In this document: one piece after another, positions 1 through 8,343 of the stretch
Layout: the number at the start of each line of letters is the position of its first letter
How positions within the stretch are numbered: position 1 is the stretch's first letter
Origin: Candidatus Hydrogenedens sp.
Lineage (GTDB): Bacteria; Hydrogenedentota; Hydrogenedentia; Hydrogenedentales; JAEUWI01
Direction: 5' to 3'
Assembly (NCBI GenBank): GCA_016125095.1
Contig: WGMK01000010.1
Coordinates: 438,149 to 502,148 of the forward strand
DNA length: 64,000 nucleotides
Made by a program: the position numbers and the translations under genes
The notes under the pieces: model-generated
The model's database searches: none
Seen by the model: the letters and a program-made list of their open reading frames with translations, nothing else
What the model was told of the DNA's origin: nothing

Positions 1-108
1 CGCCGGGGTGGAGGAGTAGGTAGCCCCCTTCCTGCGCATGGCCCGGTGTAAAGTCGACCCGCCCTGCTGGAGCTTTGCTATACTACAGGGCTGGAGGCGA
101 AGTTCCGG

Positions 109-681
109 ATGAACCGATGTGCCTGGTGTCTGCAGGGCGATGAGCAGTATGTACGCTACCACGATGAAGAGTGGGGCGTGCCGGTGCATGACGACCGCAA
201 GCAGTTCGAGTTCTTGATGCTGGAAGGCGCGCAGGCCGGGCTGAGTTGGGCCACGGTGTTGAAGAAGCGCGAGAACTACCGGAAGGCATTCGCCGATTGG
301 GACTGGGAGAAGGTGGCGCGGTTCACGCCGGCGCGGCTGGAAAAGCTGCTGCTGGATCCGGGGATCATCCGGAACCGGCTGAAGGTGGAATCGGCGGTGA
401 AGAACGCGCGGGCGTTTATCGCCGTGCGCGAAGAGTTCGGCACTTTCGACGCCTATATCTGGCGTTTCGTGGACGGGCGCCCGAAGCGGAATGCCTGGCG
501 CGCGATGAAGGAGATACCGGCGACGACGACGGAGTCGGACGCGCTGAGCAAGGACCTGAAGAAGCGCGGGTTCAAGTTCGTGGGAAGCACGATTGTGTAT
601 GCCCACATGCAGGCGACGGGGATGGTGAATGACCATACGGTGGATTGTTACCGCCACCGCGAGGTGGCGAAGCTGAAATAA
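109..681 (+). CDS. tag: DNA-3-methyladenine glycosylase I
   Basis: The 190 aa product aligns along its full length with E. coli Tag (YHDEEWGVP, EGAQAGLSW, RENYRKAF, GFKFVGSTIVYA.MQA.G.VNDH). Confidence 0.9.
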   Translation: MNRCAWCLQGDEQYVRYHDEEWGVPVHDDRKQFEFLMLEGAQAGLSWATVLKKRENYRKAFADWDWEKVARFTPARLEKLLLDPGIIRNRLKVESAVKNARAFIAVREEFGTFDAYIWRFVDGRPKRNAWRAMKEIPATTTESDALSKDLKKRGFKFVGSTIVYAHMQATGMVNDHTVDCYRHREVAKLK

Positions 682-735
682 CGCGGACCGCGGCCGCACG
701 GCGCGCGGGCGAGGCACGATACCGGAGTAGAAACG

Positions 736-2148
736 ATGGCGAAGAACATTTACGAGAAGATCTGGGACGCGCATGTGGTGGCGCAGCCCGAGGGCCAGTC
801 GGCGATTCTTTATATCGACCGGCACTACGTGCACGAGGTGACCTCGCCGCAGGCCTTCGAGGGCCTCCGCCTGGCCGGCCGCAAGCTCCGCCGCCCGGAG
901 CTGACCTACGCCACGATGGACCACAACATCCCCACGACGGACCGCAGCCTCCCCATCCGCGATGCGCTTTCGAAGCAGCAGGTGGAAACCCTCAAGGCCA
1001 ACTGCGATGAATTCGGCGTGACCTGTTTCGACATGCACGACCGCCGCAACGGCATCGTGCACGTGGTGGGGCCCGAGCAGGGCCTGACCGAGCCGGGCAT
1101 GACGATTGTGTGCGGCGATTCGCACACCTCGACCCACGGCGCCTTCGGCGCGCTCGCCTTCGGCATTGGCACCAGCGAAGTGGAGCACGTGCTCGCCACG
1201 CAGACGCTTTTGCAGAACAAGTCGAAGACGATGGAGGTGCGCGTCGAGGGCGAACTCCCCACCGGCATCACCGCCAAGGACATCGTGCTCGCCATCATCG
1301 GCAAGATCGGCACCGCCGGCGGCACGGGCTACGTCATCGAATACACCGGCGAAGCCATCCGCGGCCTCAGCATGGAAGGCCGGATGACCGTGTGCAACAT
1401 GAGCATCGAGGGCGGCGCGCGCGCAGGCCTCATTTCGCCCGATGAAAAGACCTTCGCCTACCTCGAGGGCCGTCCCTATTTGCAGAACGGCATCAGCCAT
1501 GCCGACCGCGTGGCGAAGTGGAAGACCTTCGCCAGCGACCCCGGCTGCACCTACGACGCGACCGTGGTGCTGCAGGCCAGCGAAATCGAGCCGCAGGTGA
1601 CCTGGGGCACGTCGCCCGGCATGGTAACCGGCGTAAGCGGCCGCGCGCCCAAACTGGACGAGGCGCGCGACGACAGCGAGCGCAAGACCTACAAGAACGC
1701 CCTCGAGTACATGGGCCTCAGCGAAGGTCAGGCCATCCAGGACATCACCATCAACAAGATGTTCTTCGGCTCCTGCACCAACGGCCGCCTCGAAGACCTG
1801 CAAGCCGCCGCCAAGGTGGTGAAGGGCCACAAGGTGAACCCGTCCATCGAACAGGCGCTCGTCGTGCCCGGCAGCCACGAAGTGAAAGAACAGGCCGAAG
1901 CGCTCGGCCTCGACCAGATCTTCAAGGACGCGGGCTTCGAATGGCGCGAGGCCGGCTGCTCCATGTGCCTCGCCATGAACGACGACAAGCTCAACCCCGG
2001 CGACCGTTGCGCCTCCACCTCGAACCGCAACTTCGAAGGCCGCCAGGGCAAAGGCGGACGCACCCACCTCGTCAGCCCCGCCATGGCCGTCGCCGCCGCC
2101 ATCAAGGGCCACTTCGTCGACATCCGCGACTGGGAGTTTAAGGCCTAG
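736..2148 (+). CDS. leuC: 3-isopropylmalate dehydratase large subunit
   Basis: 470 aa; the N-terminus [15 protein letters not shown] and the aconitase-family Fe-S ligand region ([28 protein letters not shown]) are typical of LeuC. Confidence 0.93.
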   Translation: MAKNIYEKIWDAHVVAQPEGQSAILYIDRHYVHEVTSPQAFEGLRLAGRKLRRPELTYATMDHNIPTTDRSLPIRDALSKQQVETLKANCDEFGVTCFDMHDRRNGIVHVVGPEQGLTEPGMTIVCGDSHTSTHGAFGALAFGIGTSEVEHVLATQTLLQNKSKTMEVRVEGELPTGITAKDIVLAIIGKIGTAGGTGYVIEYTGEAIRGLSMEGRMTVCNMSIEGGARAGLISPDEKTFAYLEGRPYLQNGISHADRVAKWKTFASDPGCTYDATVVLQASEIEPQVTWGTSPGMVTGVSGRAPKLDEARDDSERKTYKNALEYMGLSEGQAIQDITINKMFFGSCTNGRLEDLQAAAKVVKGHKVNPSIEQALVVPGSHEVKEQAEALGLDQIFKDAGFEWREAGCSMCLAMNDDKLNPGDRCASTSNRNFEGRQGKGGRTHLVSPAMAVAAAIKGHFVDIRDWEFKA

Positions 2149-2171
2149 ACCATCCAATAGACGCTTCCAAA

Positions 2172-2206
2172 CCGCCGCGGTCCGCAAGGGTCGCGGCGTT
2201 TTTTAC
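2172..2206 (+). terminator. putative rho-independent terminator downstream of leuC
   Basis: GC stem cgccgcg...cgcggcg followed by the T-run ttttttac, immediately after the leuC stop. Confidence 0.45.
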
Positions 2207-2271
2207 TTTGGGCTTCGCTAGCGAGGACTTCCTCGATCTCCGGGAGGAATCTCCGATTCAATATGCCCTGG

Positions 2272-2301
2272 TTGACAAAGTTTGCCAACTAGGATGATAC
2301 T
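2272..2301 (+). promoter_or_regulatory. putative sigma70 promoter with palindromic operator upstream of parD
   Basis: TTGACA, a 17-18 nt spacer and GATACT. The near-palindrome gttgacaaa-g-tttgccaac overlaps the -35 element. RBS AGGAGA lies 7 nt before the parD ATG. Confidence 0.4.
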
Positions 2302-2322
2302 AACGCTGTAAGGAGAAATCCG

Positions 2323-2607
2323 ATGCCGACACAGAATGTGAATCTTACCGCGCATCAGAGCAAGTTCATCCAGCGGGTGGTCGAACAGGGGGCCTACAAC
2401 AACGCCAGCGAGGTCGTTCGCGACGCGCTGCGCTTGTTAGAACAGCGGCATCAAGAGGACTTGCTCAAACTGGAGCACCTGCGCGTGATCGCCAAAGAGG
2501 CATTCGACGCTCTGGACCGCGGCGAGGGCGTCAGTATTCCGCTGGATGAAGTGGGGGCATACCTGGCACGCTTGAAGGACGAGGCGCTTGGGCGCACACG
2601 CGTGTGA
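2323..2607 (+). CDS. parD: type II antitoxin, ParD/RHH family
   Basis: 94 aa; the ParD-like N-terminus (NVNLTAHQSKFIQRVVEQGAYNNASEVVRDALRLLEQ) fits a ribbon-helix-helix antitoxin. Its stop overlaps the downstream toxin start (GTGA). Confidence 0.8.
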   Translation: MPTQNVNLTAHQSKFIQRVVEQGAYNNASEVVRDALRLLEQRHQEDLLKLEHLRVIAKEAFDALDRGEGVSIPLDEVGAYLARLKDEALGRTRV

Positions 2608-2942
2608 GACGAGTTGTCCGGTTTTCATCCGCTGCTTCGGGAGACATCAAATCGGTCTTCGCATGGACCCTTGAGCACTTCGGGCCAGCGCAAGTAGACC
2701 GCTATGAAGACTTGATAAAGTTGGCGGTGCTTGAAATTTCCATGCATCCTGATGGGCCGATAGCACGGAAGCATCCCTTGATTCATCCCGATGCCCGCAT
2801 CATTCATCTATCGCGTTCGGGAATGCCTGCAAGCCATTTTATGCTCTTCCGACATACGGAGGACGGCTCAATCGAAGTGGGGCGGCTCCTGCATGACAAC
2901 ATGAACCTACCCATGGGTTTGCCAGAGGAATTTCGCCGGTGA
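2604..2942 (+). CDS. parE: type II toxin, ParE/RelE family
   Basis: 112 aa; small basic protein translationally coupled to parD. The ParE-like core (RFSSAASGDI...LIKLAVLEIS..P..G) is present. Confidence 0.75.
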   Translation: MRRVVRFSSAASGDIKSVFAWTLEHFGPAQVDRYEDLIKLAVLEISMHPDGPIARKHPLIHPDARIIHLSRSGMPASHFMLFRHTEDGSIEVGRLLHDNMNLPMGLPEEFRR

Positions 2943-3223
2943 AGGGTGTCCGAGACCGGGCGATCTTCTGACTGACGGTCTCCACAATATATCCCGCAAA
3001 TCAACCCGAAGATTGGAGACCCTCGGTCAATGGAGTGGAGCGGTCGGCAAACCTCGCCTGAGCGTGATTCTCTTGCGCCATCTAGGTGCCTGCAATAAAG
3101 TTTCTGGCGTGCCGTTTAGATACGCGCGACGAGTGGAATCTTGGCACACCAGTCCTTATTATTGCGGGATAGTGGTTAGTCTATTGCAGCGCACTATCGC
3201 GCCGATCTTCGGGGAGGGAAGGG

Positions 3224-3958
3224 ATGTCTGAGGAAATCTTGCCGGTGAATCCGCAAGAGCGGGTAATACGATTCATGTTGCCGCCCGCGGCCACTGGCTC
3301 TCCGCTTCGAACGGTATGGTTCTCACCCTACGCGACCGGGCTGCGGATTCGTGAAAAGGCGAGCATGCCGGAGGTGGCGATCATATTGTGCCTCCTGCCG
3401 GGCGTTGCTGCGGCGGCTGCCGCGTTCTCGAGCATGGGTTTTGGGGGCGCTTCCGGCGGACTCGCCATCGGGCTTGCGGTCGGCGCGTTCTTCTCGGCGC
3501 TCCTAGTCGAGCTGGTAGCCTTGGCCCCCTACGCCTTTATCGCGCACCTCTTGCAGGCTGGCATGAAAGGTACGTCGAATTTCTGGACGACCTTTACGGC
3601 TTGCGTGTTCGGCATGCTTCCCTTGCTCTTTGCGGCCATATTCATGATTGCCGCGACGGGACTCATGGGTAGGTTTGCCGGGTTACGAGTCATGGACAGT
3701 TATGCGGCAGATCCCTATATGGCATTTCTGCCATTCTTTGGCGGGCTTCTGACCGTTCCCGTGTTCTTGATCGCATCCATTTGGAACCTCGTGGCCCTCT
3801 CCAATACCCTTGCCGGTGCGGCCCAGTTGCCCCCTTGGACGGGGTTTGGTATCTATACCGGTAGCTACGCGTTGGCCGCGTTCCTGCTTCCCTTCATTTT
3901 GCCGTTGCTGATGTTTCTTCCGTTCTTGTCGATGCTGCCGATGATGGCCCAATTCTAA
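3224..3958 (+). CDS. multi-pass membrane protein (5-6 TM), unknown family; paralog of 4067..4789
   Basis: 244 aa, very hydrophobic. A cytoplasmic N-terminus carries the motif VWFSPYATGLRIRE, which is shared with the downstream paralog. Confidence 0.6.
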   Translation: MSEEILPVNPQERVIRFMLPPAATGSPLRTVWFSPYATGLRIREKASMPEVAIILCLLPGVAAAAAAFSSMGFGGASGGLAIGLAVGAFFSALLVELVALAPYAFIAHLLQAGMKGTSNFWTTFTACVFGMLPLLFAAIFMIAATGLMGRFAGLRVMDSYAADPYMAFLPFFGGLLTVPVFLIASIWNLVALSNTLAGAAQLPPWTGFGIYTGSYALAAFLLPFILPLLMFLPFLSMLPMMAQF

Positions 3959-4066
3959 CCGCCAGCGGCGTTCAGGATTAGACGGGCCGCCGCCTTCGGC
4001 CGGGAGCACGATCTTTGCGATTGTGGTCTAGGCGCGGAGGGCTGCGGAACGGAGTGAGGTTGTCGA

Positions 4067-4789
4067 TTGCCCGAAGACGCGCCAAAGAGTTCCGCCGAAA
4101 CGGCAGAGACCCCTAGCCGATATTGGCCTATCGTGGGGCTTTGGTTCGAGCCCTACAAGACGGGGCTTCGGCTGCGCAGCGTGGGTAGCGTGCCGTTTGC
4201 GGCGCTCGTCTTCGTCCTGGATCTTATCGTCTTGGCGGCTCCGCTGGTGCTGGTTTTGTCGTTCGCCTATCGTGAGCTCGAATATAGCAGGCTCGGGCAT
4301 ACGGGTCCGGTTGCCATCTCGACGCTGCCTCTCGGAGGGATACTAATTGCAGCGATTGTTATGGCAATCGCCTCCATCGATCTCCTGCAACGTCTGCTTG
4401 GTGGTGTCGGCAGCCTTCGCAGCGTCTTTATGGCGATCACCTACGGGATACTGCCGGCGCCGACCTGGGCGTGCATCGCGGCGGTGTGGCTGATGGGGAT
4501 GCATCTCCAAGATAAGTGGTATCTTGAAGAACATCCTGAAGTGCGCATGATTCGGGAAGATATGCCAATGGCCGGGGCAGTAGTGGTCTTTAATTTTCTT
4601 ACGCTTTGGGCGCCGCTATTCGCCTTCATCGGGCTGGCTTCTACCGCCATCACATCGACGCAACTCCTTCGCGGCGTGACCGGGTTGCGCATGCCGTGGG
4701 TGCTCACGATGATGGGGGTGGGGGCGTTGTTGGCCCTGGGAGTCGTCGTGTTGAGCCTCCAGTATGCCGTGATTCCCATCGAACGCTAG
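4067..4789 (+). CDS. multi-pass membrane protein, paralog of 3224..3958
   Basis: 240 aa, with a TTG start per the ORF track. The N-terminal motif LWFEPYKTGLRLRS matches the upstream paralog, and there are 5-6 TM helices. Confidence 0.55.
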   Translation: MPEDAPKSSAETAETPSRYWPIVGLWFEPYKTGLRLRSVGSVPFAALVFVLDLIVLAAPLVLVLSFAYRELEYSRLGHTGPVAISTLPLGGILIAAIVMAIASIDLLQRLLGGVGSLRSVFMAITYGILPAPTWACIAAVWLMGMHLQDKWYLEEHPEVRMIREDMPMAGAVVVFNFLTLWAPLFAFIGLASTAITSTQLLRGVTGLRMPWVLTMMGVGALLALGVVVLSLQYAVIPIER

Positions 4790-4897
4790 ATACGCGGTCG
4801 TCGAAATGGGAATGCAGGTGGGCCGCGGCCCGCCTACAAGTGCGCTTATTCCGGTGTAGGGCTGACAGGCGGGTCTGGTAGGGCTTATACTGAGACG

Positions 4898-5320
4898 GTG
4901 AAAGACGGCTTTCCCCCGAAATCAAAAGCCTCCACTTGGAAGAAGGAAATCGGTTTCGCCGTGAGCAACACCGCGCGACAGACGTCCATCGAATCCGGCC
5001 AGATAACGGCACTGGTGAAGGCCGCGGTGCTCGGCATCGCGCCGGACGCGGAGGTGTATCTCTACGGCTCCCGCGCGCGGGGCGATTTTCAGCCGGACTC
5101 GGATTGGGATTTTCTCGTGCTGTGTGATGAGGGTGAGCGCCGCGAAGTGAGAGAGAAAGTCCGGAGCGCCGTGCATGAGGTCGTCTTTGAGGTCGGTGCC
5201 GCTTGCGGGACATGGCACAGCATTTCGACGATTGTGCATTCGCGCGACCATTGGCTGCGCCCCCTGATTCAAGCCACTCCGTTTCACCGTGAAGTCTCTC
5301 GTGACGGTATCGCATTGTGA
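4898..5320 (+). CDS. minimal Pol-beta-type nucleotidyltransferase (MNT/SMODS-like)
   Basis: 140 aa; the motif [22 protein letters not shown] matches GS-x9-DxD of the Pol-beta NTase superfamily. The size is typical of minimal NTases. Confidence 0.7.
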   Translation: MKDGFPPKSKASTWKKEIGFAVSNTARQTSIESGQITALVKAAVLGIAPDAEVYLYGSRARGDFQPDSDWDFLVLCDEGERREVREKVRSAVHEVVFEVGAACGTWHSISTIVHSRDHWLRPLIQATPFHREVSRDGIAL

Positions 5321-5524
5321 GCCCCGAGGAGCACAACGTCGCAGGCCAAAGGCGGAAGCCTTTGTAGCAGAGGTCGGCGACTTGGTGAGACGGTTGAAGT
5401 AATTTTCACACTCGTGCAGGAACTTGATGGGCAGGTGCGTTTACTCCGGTGTTGGTGCAATCAGGTCCGCGCTATCTGTGAGGTATTATTTTGGCCATGG
5501 AACCGAAGGAGACATTAGCCCGTC

Positions 5525-6385
5525 GTGAGTGATTTTGTACGAGGTTCGCTAGCCAGTACGCATGCAATTCCGTCGTTGGTAAAGGTGGCAGTACAAAAGC
5601 TCATACCGGATGCGGACGTATACTTGATTGGTTCCCGTGCTCGGGGAGATTTCGAGTCAAATTCCAATTGGGATTTTCTGGTGCTAACGCCCCGTGTTCT
5701 CGACTGCGACGAACTGGAAATACTCGAAGCCGCGATTTCTGACGCAGCGTCTGACTGGCGCCTGACTGCGAACGAGTGGCACGAGATCGATCCCAAGGTG
5801 TATTCGAATGAATACTGGAGCCGTACTGCTGTAAGGATGACGCCATTTCATCGGTGGATTTCCAATGAGGCGATCCACGTATCAGATGGTCTTCCGCTCA
5901 GTGAGGCTTTTCCAGCAGGAGCCCCCTTGCCGGAGCCGTTGCCGGGATCGGAACTTTCGCCGGTGGAGAAGTTGCTGGCAAGGCGGTGGGCAGAACGTGC
6001 ACTCCGAACCGCCCGTTATCTCGAAATGCAGTGCGACGAATCTAACTCGCCCTGCGCGATCGAGGTCGGGAGCTACGCATTCTTTGAGTTAAAGCGCGCG
6101 CTGTTGCATACCGACAGAATTCGTTTCTGCCGGGATGCCCTGAGATGGGAAAGCGCTGCCGAGAGGTATCTCGACTCCGGCATCGTTTCTCCGGAAAGCG
6201 CGAGCGTTTTCCGCGCCATTTACGAGGCGAGTGATGAGGGTACGGTCGATCTTGGAGGAGTAGTCTATGATGGACGCGCCCCCCGATTAGTGCGGTTGGT
6301 GCGGGCCGCAGTCGATGAAGTCGCCGCAATTGTATATAATAGGACGCCTCCGCCGTGGGCGGACCCCGAAGAACTCAAGGAATAA
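5525..6385 (+). CDS. Pol-beta-type nucleotidyltransferase paralog with a ~170 aa C-terminal extension; catalytic DxD replaced by NxD
   Basis: 286 aa; [22 protein letters not shown] is paralogous to the upstream NTase but has N-S-N-W-D in place of D-S-D-W-D. It ends 4 nt before the leuD ATG. Confidence 0.7.
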   Translation: MSDFVRGSLASTHAIPSLVKVAVQKLIPDADVYLIGSRARGDFESNSNWDFLVLTPRVLDCDELEILEAAISDAASDWRLTANEWHEIDPKVYSNEYWSRTAVRMTPFHRWISNEAIHVSDGLPLSEAFPAGAPLPEPLPGSELSPVEKLLARRWAERALRTARYLEMQCDESNSPCAIEVGSYAFFELKRALLHTDRIRFCRDALRWESAAERYLDSGIVSPESASVFRAIYEASDEGTVDLGGVVYDGRAPRLVRLVRAAVDEVAAIVYNRTPPPWADPEELKE

Positions 6386-6389
6386 GACG

Positions 6390-6992
6390 ATGCAGAAGTT
6401 TACGACGTTGGAAGGCGTGGCGGTGCCGCTTGAGGCGCAGAACGTGGATACGGACCAGATCATCCCGAAGCAGTTCCTGAAGCGGATCGAGCGGACGGGG
6501 TATGAGGACATGCTGTTCTTCGACTGGCGCTACCAGGAAGACGGCGTGACGCCGAATCCGGAGTTCGAGCCGAACCAGCCGCGCTATCAGGGCGCCTCGA
6601 TTCTACTCACGCTGGACAATTTCGGCTGCGGGTCGAGCCGCGAGCATGCCCCGTGGGCGCTGGACAACTACGGCATCCGCTGCATCATGGCCCCGAGCTA
6701 TGCCGACATCTTCTACAACAACTGCTTCAACAACGGCATGCTTCCCATCGTGTTGCCGGGCGACGTGGTGCGCGGGCTGATCGCGGACTGCCGCGCGGCC
6801 GAGGGCTACACGCTTTCGGTGGACCTGCCCTCGCAGACGATTACGAAGCCGGACGGCGGCACGATTCCCTTCGAGCTCGACGGCTTCCTGAAGGAGCGCC
6901 TGCTCAACGGCTGGGATCAGGTCGGGCTGACGCTCCTGCACGAGGACAAGATCGCGGCCTACGAAGCGGCGCGCGGCATGGCGGCCGTATAG
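6390..6992 (+). CDS. leuD: 3-isopropylmalate dehydratase small subunit
   Basis: [37 protein letters not shown] is the canonical LeuD N-terminus. The ORF-track start at 6315 is probably too far upstream. Confidence 0.9.
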   Translation: MQKFTTLEGVAVPLEAQNVDTDQIIPKQFLKRIERTGYEDMLFFDWRYQEDGVTPNPEFEPNQPRYQGASILLTLDNFGCGSSREHAPWALDNYGIRCIMAPSYADIFYNNCFNNGMLPIVLPGDVVRGLIADCRAAEGYTLSVDLPSQTITKPDGGTIPFELDGFLKERLLNGWDQVGLTLLHEDKIAAYEAARGMAAV

Positions 6993-7003
6993 GGAGCCCG
7001 GCG

Positions 7004-7303
7004 ATGCCGAACTACACCTATCAGGTTATCCACGAGGACGGCAGCGAGGGGGAGTACTTCGAGTACACCCAGCGCATGAGCGAGCCGCCGCTGACCGAGC
7101 ACCCCGACACCGGCGAGAAGGTGGTGCGCGTGTTCAGCGTGCCGCACATCGCCGGCACGGCGAACGAGCGCATCCAGAAGCAGATCATGCACGACAAGAA
7201 TCTGGACCGCCTGGGTTTCACCAAATACGTGAAGAACGGCAAGGGCCAGTACGAGAAACACGTCGGCGACAGCAAGGCCCCGGACACGCTGTCGGCCGAT
7301 TGA
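7004..7303 (+). CDS. FmdB-family (zinc-ribbon regulatory protein) homolog lacking the Cys ligands
   Basis: MPNYTYQ...FEYTQRMSEPPLTEHPDTGEKVVRVFS aligns with the FmdB consensus MPIYEYRC..CGHRFEVLQKMSD.PLTACPECGGEVRRLIS. All four Cys positions are substituted (V/H/T etc.). Confidence 0.55.
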   Translation: MPNYTYQVIHEDGSEGEYFEYTQRMSEPPLTEHPDTGEKVVRVFSVPHIAGTANERIQKQIMHDKNLDRLGFTKYVKNGKGQYEKHVGDSKAPDTLSAD

Positions 7304-7330
7304 TGCGCGTTCTCGCGCCAAAAGGCCAAC

Positions 7331-7352
7331 GTGGCTCGCGGGTACGCTCGCC
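7331..7352 (+). repeat. dispersed copy of the motif gtggctcgcgggtacgctcgcc between convergent genes
   Basis: Identical 22-mer to the terminal motif of the 57-bp inverted elements at 38459-38515 (reverse) and 38776-38832. Confidence 0.45.
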
Positions 7353-7358
7353 CTCCCG

Positions 7359-8336
7359 TCAGACCTTCACGTAGATGTTGTTGCGCTTGAGGTAGAGCGC
7401 GACGACGTAGCAGACCGTGTAAAAGGCGGCGAAGGAAAGCAGGGCCCAGGCGGCGCTGGCGCTTTCGTCTACCAGGAACGCGCCGTGCAGGCCGATGAGC
7501 GCGTATTGCAGCACGTAGAGCACCAGCGGATTCGAGCCGAGGGTCGTCAGGTGGGGCAGCTGGATGCGGGCGCGGTCGCAAAGCAGGTGGAACGCGGCAT
7601 AGGCCAGGAACGCCATCCCCGTCGAGAGCAGCGCGTAGGGCGAGGTCATGTAGTACTGGCTCTGCGGCCAATGCGGCTTGATGCCGGGCCACGTCGCCTC
7701 GAGTCCCCAGCCCAGGGCGCACAGGCCCAGGCCCCATCCGAAGAGTCCCAGCGCCACGCGGCGCGCGTCGGGGCGTTCCGCGATATCCTGGCAGAGCGTG
7801 CCGAAGAGCAGGATACCGGCCCAGCTGAGAATGCCCAGCGGTCCGCCATTGAAGCTGTTGTGCATCACCCATTCGCCGTAGGGCGTGAGGCTGAAGACGG
7901 CTTGATACGCGCCGATACAGCCGAAGGCGGCCAGCGCCCGGGCGCGGGTGCCCAGCGCGATGAAGGGCAGCGCCACGAGGCCGCCCGCGCCGATATCCAC
8001 CAGCGCGTCCCACCAGTTCTCATAGTCGATCGGGTTGTAGAGCACGATGCCGATGAGCACGAGGATAGCGTAGCGTCGCGCGGCCGAGCCCAGCGCGCCG
8101 AGCAGGCCCATCGCTTCCACGCGCCGCCGCAGCGAAAGCCGGAAGCCCATGCCCACCACGAAGATGAACGCGGGCGCGATGGTGTCGGCGTAGCTGAAGC
8201 CTTCGCGGTGGTGCTTGAACTGCCACGGCATCACCTCGAACTGCCCCAGGAAATTCACAAGGATCATGCCGAAGATGGCATAGCCCCGGAACTGGTCGAT
8301 AGAGGCGATGCGGCGCGGGGGAGACGTCGCTTCCAC
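7359..8336 (-). CDS. DUF1624/DUF5009 membrane acyltransferase-like protein (heparan-alpha-glucosaminide N-acetyltransferase-like)
   Basis: 325 aa; the motif DQFRGYAIFGMILVNF with multiple TM helices is typical of this family. Confidence 0.65.
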   Translation of the reverse strand: MEATSPPRRIASIDQFRGYAIFGMILVNFLGQFEVMPWQFKHHREGFSYADTIAPAFIFVVGMGFRLSLRRRVEAMGLLGALGSAARRYAILVLIGIVLYNPIDYENWWDALVDIGAGGLVALPFIALGTRARALAAFGCIGAYQAVFSLTPYGEWVMHNSFNGGPLGILSWAGILLFGTLCQDIAERPDARRVALGLFGWGLGLCALGWGLEATWPGIKPHWPQSQYYMTSPYALLSTGMAFLAYAAFHLLCDRARIQLPHLTTLGSNPLVLYVLQYALIGLHGAFLVDESASAAWALLSFAAFYTVCYVVALYLKRNNIYVKV

Positions 8337-8343
8337 GCCGGGG

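Noticed and set aside
3013-3231. 72-aa ORF between parE and the first TM protein.
   Set aside because: No RBS, it overlaps the start of the downstream gene, and it has no coding-like composition. It is more likely intergenic/regulatory sequence containing small inverted repeats.
5337-5524. Intergenic segment between the two NTase genes, checked for tRNA or small RNA.
   Set aside because: No cloverleaf or T-loop (GTTCRANYC) signature was found. It is probably just the promoter/RBS region of the second NTase.
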